A DNA stretch of 64,000 nt, taken from assembly GCA_043756865.1 (NCBI GenBank), contig JAYUQG010000019.1, positions 33,772-97,771 on the forward strand. The letters are read 5' to 3'. Of the stretch, positions 1-6,960 are shown piece after piece. Numbering within the stretch: position 1 is the first letter of the stretch; each line of letters begins with the position of its first letter. Position numbers and translations under genes: made by a program. The stretch comes from a bacterium (lineage in GTDB: Bacteria; Patescibacteriota; Minisyncoccia; Phycocordibacterales; UBA6899). The notes beneath the pieces are model-generated. The model searched no databases. It was not told where the DNA came from and saw nothing but the letters and a program-made list of their open reading frames with translations.

Positions 1-46
1 TTACTAATCGTCGCTCTGCACGCCATACAAGTTTTTCTTGCTTCAT
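1..46 (-). CDS. 5' end of a gene running off the window, probably ParB-like N-terminal domain / DNA modification methylase of a mobile element
   Basis: Reverse strand from ATG at 46 reads MKQEKLVWRAERRLV, resembling the 'KLxWxxExRxV' start I recall for ParB-N methylase proteins in prophage-like elements; only 15 codons are visible. Confidence 0.35.
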   Translation of the reverse strand, partial: MKQEKLVWRAERRLV

Positions 47-85
47 ACATTTCTGCGTTATTAATTTCTGCTAAATAACGAGAAA

Positions 86-152
86 GCCCACTTCGTTAGA
101 AGTCTCAGGGAACCAACTGGTGATTCTCTCAGGCTTTCTTAACGAAATGGGC
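86..152 (-). terminator. long hairpin followed by a U-rich tract (terminator or attenuator) between ORF 603-193 and the gene starting at 46
   Basis: Minus strand GCCCAUUUCGUUA...UAACGAAGUGGGC forms a 13-bp stem with a G-U pair, followed by UUUCUCGUUAUUU. Confidence 0.55.
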
Positions 153-192
153 GCGGCACGATCGTGCGGTACTCATCCGTAATATTCAATTG

Positions 193-603
193 TTACTTCT
201 TACTATACCTCTTGTATTTCTGTTCGCGCATCTTGGAGGTGTGGATAAGTTGCGTCCGCTTTTGTCCTTCGACCTTCTTAATCTTTTCCGCCACGTCGGA
301 AGCAAGACTGAGGCTGAAATTCCCGTCGGGGGGCAGTATTACGATGTCGAACCCCCGTTTCCTTGCGTTTTCAAGTATTTTCTTTGGTATGAGGGTTTGA
401 AGCGGTATCCCAACCCCTTTTACGGGATCAAAAACCAGACTGCCAGGCTCTCCCGCCTTGGGAAGTGGCGCAAAGATCCGGGGGTATTCTTCTCCTTTTT
501 TCTCCGCATTGTCCATTGCCTTCACAATGTCTGTTGTTGGCTTTGCGGGCGACGAGTGAAGTTTGGGGTCCACGAGTTGTAGGTAAATTTTCTTTCGTTC
601 CAT
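193..603 (-). CDS. hypothetical basic protein
   Basis: 136-aa ATG ORF divergent from the 690 ORF; no recognisable motif. Confidence 0.6.
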   Translation of the reverse strand: MERKKIYLQLVDPKLHSSPAKPTTDIVKAMDNAEKKGEEYPRIFAPLPKAGEPGSLVFDPVKGVGIPLQTLIPKKILENARKRGFDIVILPPDGNFSLSLASDVAEKIKKVEGQKRTQLIHTSKMREQKYKRYSKK

Positions 604-689
604 ACGCCTTACGCTAGCTAATATGCGGGGGAAAGTAAATGATATTTAGGTAATTGACGAGGGGTAAATTCGTTCTAGGATTTGAGATT

Positions 690-2003
690 ATGAAACACTT
701 AAAACCCGAGCAGTATTATATCGACCTTTATGACCGCCATACGGTAGAGCGGTGCCGTGGGGCAGAACGTTCGTATGCACGAACGGATGATCAACCACAG
801 GAGGAGGAAGGAGTGATCAAAGAAGAAGCAGGGCGCATGGAGAAAATGGTGAGAAAGTTATTTCTTCGCGCGGAAGCGGGAGAGCGATATCTCAATAAAT
901 CGAAGGCGATCCGTGAGTGGATGGATGCCGACAGAAATCGTGATGAATTGTTGGACTCCACACAAGCGCCCGAGGGTATCCGCTGTCTGACGTGTCGGAA
1001 TATTGTGAAGCCAACATTTAATGATCTCTGGCTTGCCACAGAAGACAAAAAACCCGAGCGGGTGCTGTTCATGTATGACTGTCCGAATGAATGTCTCCCG
1101 CGTCGTGCGTTTTTCTCCGATGGTGAGGAGTATCGCGTGAAGCCCGATCTTTGCCCGCGCTGTGATGTCCCGCTCGAAAAGAAGAGTGAGGATGACGGGA
1201 AGAAACTAACAACAACGCGCACCTGTCTGAAGTGTGGATACAGCGATACGGATGAATTCGAGTGGTCCTACAAGAAAGAGGATGAGTTCGATCCAAACTT
1301 TGCCGCCGATCGTGATCGCTTCTGCCTTACCACCGAGGAAGGTCAAAAATACTGGGAGGAAAAGTCTTGGTGGGAACGGATGGCGCAGTTTTCGGAAGAA
1401 ATTAAGAAGCAAAACGAAGATTGGGCGGCAAGGCTGGCAGCTAGCCCAAACGGCTTCATTCTCGAAGGTGTTGGTCGTACTTGTGCGATATGTGGCGATG
1501 GGTCTCGAGAAGGCGGTAGTTGGTACGATTCATACGGCTTGAAATGCTTTGTCTGCCAAAAGGCAATTGATGTCGGAGACATACCCGCCACGCTCGCAAA
1601 TGATAAGGAAAGTTGGTACAGCAAATATAATCTCGAAAGTGCGTTTAGTCTTAAGGGTCCAACTCTCAAGAAGTGGGTCAAGGATGGCGTTATCAAGTCC
1701 CGCGTCATTAGCTATTACGGTAAAGGTACTCATTGTGAGATCTTTCTCATCGAAGACAATAAGGGTTTTCTGCCTCCGAAGGAGATGGTTAAATCACATA
1801 GCGTAAGTGAGGTGAAGGATGTCAAGACTTGGCACCATTCGGAGCCATGGTATCGGTTCGTTGATCCGATGGAATATCTCAAGGACTATGGGATCATTAA
1901 GCATATGCGGGTCGTTCCGCCTGAGGAAATGGCGGCTCGGGAAGAGGAGAAGAAGCGGAAATGGGAGGAGAAACAGGAACGCAAAAAGCAAATGAAAAAG
2001 TGA
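690..2003 (+). CDS. hypothetical multi-Zn-ribbon protein with possible HTH
   Basis: ATG at 690 after TTGACG...TAGGAT; CxxC-type pairs CLTC, CPNEC, CPRC, CLKC, CAIC, CFVC; excisionase/MerR-like segment TLKKWVKDGVIKSR. Confidence 0.7.
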   Translation: MKHLKPEQYYIDLYDRHTVERCRGAERSYARTDDQPQEEEGVIKEEAGRMEKMVRKLFLRAEAGERYLNKSKAIREWMDADRNRDELLDSTQAPEGIRCLTCRNIVKPTFNDLWLATEDKKPERVLFMYDCPNECLPRRAFFSDGEEYRVKPDLCPRCDVPLEKKSEDDGKKLTTTRTCLKCGYSDTDEFEWSYKKEDEFDPNFAADRDRFCLTTEEGQKYWEEKSWWERMAQFSEEIKKQNEDWAARLAASPNGFILEGVGRTCAICGDGSREGGSWYDSYGLKCFVCQKAIDVGDIPATLANDKESWYSKYNLESAFSLKGPTLKKWVKDGVIKSRVISYYGKGTHCEIFLIEDNKGFLPPKEMVKSHSVSEVKDVKTWHHSEPWYRFVDPMEYLKDYGIIKHMRVVPPEEMAAREEEKKRKWEEKQERKKQMKK

Positions 2004-2138
2004 TACTTAAAAAATTGGTAACCATGTCATTGGACCACTTAACAGAGCCATATTTTGCGATTTTGATTAATGTGCTTGACAATTAGTAGCATATAGAATA
2101 CAATCTTATATAAATATTACCAGTATTTATATAAAACT

Positions 2139-2816
2139 ATGAATAATGACAAAAGAGAAAGTTTCAAGCGACTCTCCCAATCCAGATTAGGAAAGATAAC
2201 AGATGCGCTTGATGTATTGGGTAACTGCTCGAATAAGAGTGCTTACGAGTACACAGAGGAGGATGTATCAGAAATTTTTGGCAAAATTGAGGAGAAAGTG
2301 CGCCAGACAAAATCAAGGTTCAAGCTAGAACCAGCTGTGCTTGTTCCTGGTGACAACAAATCTAAGACATGGAAGCAGCTTGCATCTAGTCTGAAGTCGC
2401 ATGGATCGTTGAATCATGCATTCTCTAAGACACAGTGGGGCCATCATTGCGTGCGGTTTTACATTAGAGACAGCATGTTTTGGATTACATGCTATACCGC
2501 GGATTTTAAAGATGCTGATAAGCGTAGATACGGAATATTTATCTCTTACCCAGGCTTTTTTCAGCGAAGCAATATGAGTGTCAGCCAAAAGGCAGCAGTT
2601 GATTCTTTGCAGTCGCTTTTGATTAAGAATGGCGACAAGATTAACAGTGTCCTGCCAGATGCCTATATTGCCGACAAAGATGCGGACGATGGAGAGTTGG
2701 CTGGATGGACTCGTGATCTAAGTGAGTTTCCATCAGATGAAGCGGCAATCGAATGGCTGAAATCAATGCTCGATACATATTCAGAACTTGTAGTCCCATT
2801 GATAAAAGAAGTTTAA
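2139..2816 (+). CDS. hypothetical protein: conserved small helical N-terminal domain plus uncharacterised C-terminal domain
   Basis: N-terminus KRESFKRLSQSRLGKITDALDVLGNCSNKSAYEYTEEDVSEIF matches a small family I recall next to restriction/defence genes. Confidence 0.7.
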   Translation: MNNDKRESFKRLSQSRLGKITDALDVLGNCSNKSAYEYTEEDVSEIFGKIEEKVRQTKSRFKLEPAVLVPGDNKSKTWKQLASSLKSHGSLNHAFSKTQWGHHCVRFYIRDSMFWITCYTADFKDADKRRYGIFISYPGFFQRSNMSVSQKAAVDSLQSLLIKNGDKINSVLPDAYIADKDADDGELAGWTRDLSEFPSDEAAIEWLKSMLDTYSELVVPLIKEV

Positions 2817-2829
2817 AATCTTTGGTTTC

Positions 2830-4338
2830 ATGAAATTAATATCTAAATCAAAGTTTCTTCAATATCTCGAGTGTCCAAAGGATACATGGTTTCTGCTGCA
2901 TATGCCGAACCTTCCGGAATTCGAGGTATCGACTTCTGAGCAAGGCATAATGGATCAGGGGAATGTCGTTGAAGAGTATGCAAAGAAGCTCAAAATATTT
3001 GCTGGGTATATTGAGGTCGAGAAACGGGGAAGAGAAGCAGATGAGGAAATTAGAAAACTTCTATCTCAAAAGGTTCCAGCCATATATCAACCCACCTTTG
3101 TTGCTGATGGATTTGTCATTCGTTGTGACTTCCTTGTGTGGAACAACAATGAAAGGAAGTGGGACCTGTATGAGGTGAAGGGCACTAATTCAAAAAAGGA
3201 TGAAGGGGGTCCACGGGACCACATCTCTGATATCGCATTTCAGGCAATCGTACTTGATCGCGCCGGTGTTTCCATTGGTAATAAATACATCGTCCATCTT
3301 AATAATGAGTATATTCGTGGCGACGAGTTGGATGTCGAACAGCTTTTTATTGTGAGCGACAGTACTGCTCAGGTAAAAGAAATGCTTGATGTTACTTCAG
3401 CACAAATGGAAAAGGCTAAAGAGTATCTCAATCAAGAAAATGAGCCGAAGGATGGTTGTGATTGTCATTTTAATGGTCGCAGTAGGCACTGCGACACGTT
3501 TGAGCGTTCACACCCCGAGATACCTGAATATTCCATACACGATATCTCGCGCATTGGGCTAAAGCCAGACAAGTTGATTCAGCTCATCACCGATGGAATT
3601 TATCATCTCGAGGATATCGACGACACATCAGATTTTAGTGTTATTCAGCAGAACCAAATTCATACCCACAAGACGAAGAAGGAAATTATTGATGTAAACG
3701 AGATTGCCAAGATTCTTGATGGTTATAAATATCCACTATACTTTTTTGATTACGAAACATTTGCGCCAGCGGTACCGATATACCCAGGATATGGAACATA
3801 TCGTCGTATCCCGATACAGTTCTCTTTGCACATCATAGACGAAAGGGGTGGTGCACTCCGTCACGTTGATTATGTACATACTGAAAACTCGGATCCATCT
3901 ATTTCAGTAGCCAAAATACTAGCTGATACGATTGATCCGAATGGCACTGTTCTTGCGTGGAATGTGGGGTTTGAAAAAGGTGTTACAAAAGAGCTTTCTG
4001 AACGCTTGCCGGAGTACAAAATTATACTCGATAGAATTTGTGATCAAATGCAGGATTTGCGTGATGTTTTTTCGAAACAACACTATGTGCATAAAGACTT
4101 TTGTGGGAGTTCAGGGGTGGGGGCTGTTATGGAGGCATTGTTGCCACATATGACATATGACCATCTGCCATATACGGGAAACGATGTTGGTTTCGTCTGG
4201 TGGAAGGATATTGTGAACGACGGAGCAAGTCCTGCTGATCGTGAAAAGAAGACGCACCTCATCCGTGAATACTGCAAACAAGATACTTTTGTAATGGTCG
4301 AAATCTTCCGTATCTTGAGTGATATTGCCAGAAATTAA
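2830..4338 (+). CDS. DUF2779-domain RecB/Cas4-like nuclease
   Basis: ISKSKFLQYLECPK start; PD-(D/E)XK-like CDFLV...LYEVKGT; Cys cluster CDCH..HC; RNase H-like YFFDYETF...WNVGFEK...YCKQDT. Confidence 0.85.
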   Translation: MKLISKSKFLQYLECPKDTWFLLHMPNLPEFEVSTSEQGIMDQGNVVEEYAKKLKIFAGYIEVEKRGREADEEIRKLLSQKVPAIYQPTFVADGFVIRCDFLVWNNNERKWDLYEVKGTNSKKDEGGPRDHISDIAFQAIVLDRAGVSIGNKYIVHLNNEYIRGDELDVEQLFIVSDSTAQVKEMLDVTSAQMEKAKEYLNQENEPKDGCDCHFNGRSRHCDTFERSHPEIPEYSIHDISRIGLKPDKLIQLITDGIYHLEDIDDTSDFSVIQQNQIHTHKTKKEIIDVNEIAKILDGYKYPLYFFDYETFAPAVPIYPGYGTYRRIPIQFSLHIIDERGGALRHVDYVHTENSDPSISVAKILADTIDPNGTVLAWNVGFEKGVTKELSERLPEYKIILDRICDQMQDLRDVFSKQHYVHKDFCGSSGVGAVMEALLPHMTYDHLPYTGNDVGFVWWKDIVNDGASPADREKKTHLIREYCKQDTFVMVEIFRILSDIARN

Positions 4339-4454
4339 TTTTGCTTTACGCCGATTAGTAATGGTTGTAGGGTAATGATTGCCGAGGGTGCATACGGGAG
4401 ATTGTCATGCATCGATCCCACTTGGCATAAAATGCAAAATATCAAAATAAATAT

Positions 4455-5666
4455 ATGAATGAAATTATTTGCCCAAATTGTAAAAAAGCTTTCAAGGTTG
4501 ACGAGACCGGATTTGCCGATATTTTAAAGCAAGTCCACGATCATGAGTTTGAAAAAGAACTAAATTCACGTGAGGAAATGCTAAAAAAAGATAAAGAAAA
4601 TGCAGTTAAACTCGCCGAGGCAAATATTACGAACTCACTGCAGAAAGACATTGCAAAGAAGGATGCTGAACTAGCCGAAATAAAATCCAAAATTAATAAC
4701 GCAGAGCTTGAGAAAAAACTTGCAGTCACTGAAGCGGTCAATAAAATTGAAAAAGAGCGCGATGAACTAGCTGGCGAGCTGAAAAGTAAAGATGCTGAGA
4801 AACAACTACTCGAGACATCACTAAAAGATAAATATACTACTGAGCTCAAGACCAAGGACGATATCATCAAGATGAAAGATGAGGAAATTGCTCTTCGTAA
4901 AGATATGAAGGTCAAGCTTTCAACAAAAATGATCGGTGAAACACTTGAACAACACTGCGAAACCGAGTTTAACAAACTTCGCGCAACTGGATTTCAGAAT
5001 TCGTATTTCGAAAAAGACAACGACGCAAAAACTGGCAGTAAGGGTGATTATATCTATCGCGAAACCGATGATGCTGGTAATGAAATCATTTCTATTATGT
5101 TTGAAATGAAAAACGAAGGCGATGAAACAGCTACCAAGAAAAAGAACGAAGACTTTTTACGCGAACTTGATAAGGATCGCGCCGAAAAAAAGTGTGAGTA
5201 TGCCGTTCTAGTTACACTTTTGGAATCTGAAAATGAGCTTTATAACACCGGCATTGTTGATGTTTCTCATAAATACCAAAAAATGTATGTAGTTCGACCA
5301 CAATTTTTCATTCCCATGATAACTCTACTACGCAACGCATCCATGAACTCGCTTAAGTATAAAGCCGAGCTTGCGGTGGTAAGGAATCAGAACATCGATA
5401 TCACCAACTTCGAGGAAAATATGAACAAGTTTAAAGATGGCTTTAAAAAAAATTATGAGCTTGCTTCAAGCCGATTTAAAATAGCAATCGATGAAATCGA
5501 CAAAACCATTGACCATCTTCAGAAAACCAAAGATGCGCTCCTGTCCTCTGAAAATAACCTTCGTCTAGCGAACAATAAAGCAGAATATCTGACAATCAAA
5601 AAACTGACGCATGCCAATCCTACAATGACTAAAATGTTCGCAGATATTACTGATGCAAGTGAATGA
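4455..5666 (+). CDS. DUF2130 domain protein (coiled coil plus PD-(D/E)XK-like domain)
   Basis: [17 protein letters not shown] start, long coiled coil, [13 protein letters not shown]...[10 protein letters not shown]...[10 protein letters not shown] motifs. Confidence 0.9.
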   Translation: MNEIICPNCKKAFKVDETGFADILKQVHDHEFEKELNSREEMLKKDKENAVKLAEANITNSLQKDIAKKDAELAEIKSKINNAELEKKLAVTEAVNKIEKERDELAGELKSKDAEKQLLETSLKDKYTTELKTKDDIIKMKDEEIALRKDMKVKLSTKMIGETLEQHCETEFNKLRATGFQNSYFEKDNDAKTGSKGDYIYRETDDAGNEIISIMFEMKNEGDETATKKKNEDFLRELDKDRAEKKCEYAVLVTLLESENELYNTGIVDVSHKYQKMYVVRPQFFIPMITLLRNASMNSLKYKAELAVVRNQNIDITNFEENMNKFKDGFKKNYELASSRFKIAIDEIDKTIDHLQKTKDALLSSENNLRLANNKAEYLTIKKLTHANPTMTKMFADITDASE

Positions 5667-5721
5667 GTACAACCTTTTGACGTTCGGTCGGTTGTATTAC
5701 ATGCAGATAATTAAATAGTGC

Positions 5722-5816
5722 TTTATCCAGAGTGTGGCGAGAGACTGGCTCAACGACCCACCGGCAACCCTCAGTAATGAGAAGGTGCCAACCAGCCCCG
5801 AAAGGGGAAAGATAAA
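5722..5816 (+). promoter_or_regulatory. SAM-I (S-box) riboswitch aptamer
   Basis: P1 UUUAUC/GAUAAA; AUCCAGAG; P2 with GAGAGACUGGCUC (compensated variant of GAGGGACUGGCCC); P3 GGCAACC-CUCAGUAAUGAG-AAGGUGCC; pseudoknot CUGG/CCAG; P4 CCCC-GAAA-GGGG. Confidence 0.9.
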
Positions 5817-5821
5817 CGTCG

Positions 5822-5856
5822 AAACTCTTTCCTTTGTACGGATGGAGTTTTTATTA
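5822..5856 (+). terminator. riboswitch expression-platform terminator
   Basis: Stem AAACUCU-U-UCC / GGA-U-GGAGUUU then a U-rich run; its 5' arm UCUUUCC (5826-5832) is complementary to aptamer GGAAAGA (5806-5812), giving an antiterminator. Confidence 0.75.
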
Positions 5857-5871
5857 TTTAGGTTCAAAAAC

Positions 5872-6540
5872 ATGAGATCAACAACTATCAGTCGTGAAGC
5901 GTACCTTGGCAGTAAAGAGGAGAAGGAAATTTATGAATTAGAGGAAATAGACAGCAACAAGTATCGGCTACTCGGACGTGCCACAGGGATTAGCATGGAT
6001 CACTGCGTACTCATCGGATCAAATCACAAAAAAGAATTCTGGCACAGAGTGTATGGATTTCAGATTATACAAAATGAAAAAACAGAGAGAGCACTGCTTG
6101 AGGCGGCGCGGAAGATCAAGCCAGAGACCGAGTCGTATGTGACCGTGCAATTCTATGAACGGCTTTCAGAAGAAAAGTATATGTTTATACCCAAGCGCCT
6201 GGAAATTGCTGACCGTCCTGAGTTAAGCAACTTTCCACTTAATATATTGTTCGGCACGGCATGTCTCACTGACAACAACAGACAAATATTCGAAACGTCA
6301 GAATATGTCCCCGACCTCACCACCTTTACAGAGGAAGGTGATGAGCAGAAGTTGCGCTACTACAATTCACTCGATAACACGCGATGCCACTCTGCAGAGA
6401 TTGTGTATAACACAAAAGACCAATCGTATGTCGGTACGAAGTATCGCGGTGATAAACATGCCGGCATGGCTTTTGGTAATGCGTGGGATCCGTTCTTTGT
6501 GCATTTCACAATGCTGGGAGTAGGGGTTAACATTGATTAG
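5872..6540 (+). CDS. hypothetical protein directly downstream of the SAM-I riboswitch
   Basis: ATG at 5872 (the GTG at 5734 lies inside the aptamer); 222 aa, soluble, with no Met/SAM enzyme or transporter motif. Confidence 0.75.
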   Translation: MRSTTISREAYLGSKEEKEIYELEEIDSNKYRLLGRATGISMDHCVLIGSNHKKEFWHRVYGFQIIQNEKTERALLEAARKIKPETESYVTVQFYERLSEEKYMFIPKRLEIADRPELSNFPLNILFGTACLTDNNRQIFETSEYVPDLTTFTEEGDEQKLRYYNSLDNTRCHSAEIVYNTKDQSYVGTKYRGDKHAGMAFGNAWDPFFVHFTMLGVGVNID

Positions 6541-6554
6541 ACTGAGATTCAACA

Positions 6555-6851
6555 ATGAAACCCACAACACCCCAAACCATTTCTCCTGCCAAGATGACGT
6601 TTGCCGTAGAGGCAAACTACGCGTCTTCGGGTTGGAAGACTCTGGTATTCAATTGCTATTGCCATACGCTGTTTGAGGCCGCCGAGGCAATTGGGACAGC
6701 AACACACTGTTCAGTAGCAGAATCAATCCGCTTGGCAGGCGTTGCCGAAACAACTGGCCAAGCAATCGTCATGGAAGGATCAGAATTTGAATGTGAGACA
6801 GCTGCCGGGGTGATTCGCGGCCGTGGACTTACCTCGCTCGCAACGACTTAG
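6555..6851 (+). CDS. small hypothetical protein
   Basis: 98-aa ATG ORF 14 nt after the previous stop. Confidence 0.5.
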   Translation: MKPTTPQTISPAKMTFAVEANYASSGWKTLVFNCYCHTLFEAAEAIGTATHCSVAESIRLAGVAETTGQAIVMEGSEFECETAAGVIRGRGLTSLATT

Positions 6852-6960
6852 CTTAAATCATGCACCATGTCTAATCTTGGCTAATCTGCAATTGCACTCT
6901 TGCCAAAAATCAGAAAATAAGCATAACAATATATGTATTTTCATGTAGTATTCAAGATAT

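Noticed and set aside
5734-5871. GTG-start N-terminal extension of the 5872 ORF in the ORF track
   Set aside because: It runs through the SAM-I aptamer and terminator; the ATG at 5872 is the plausible start.
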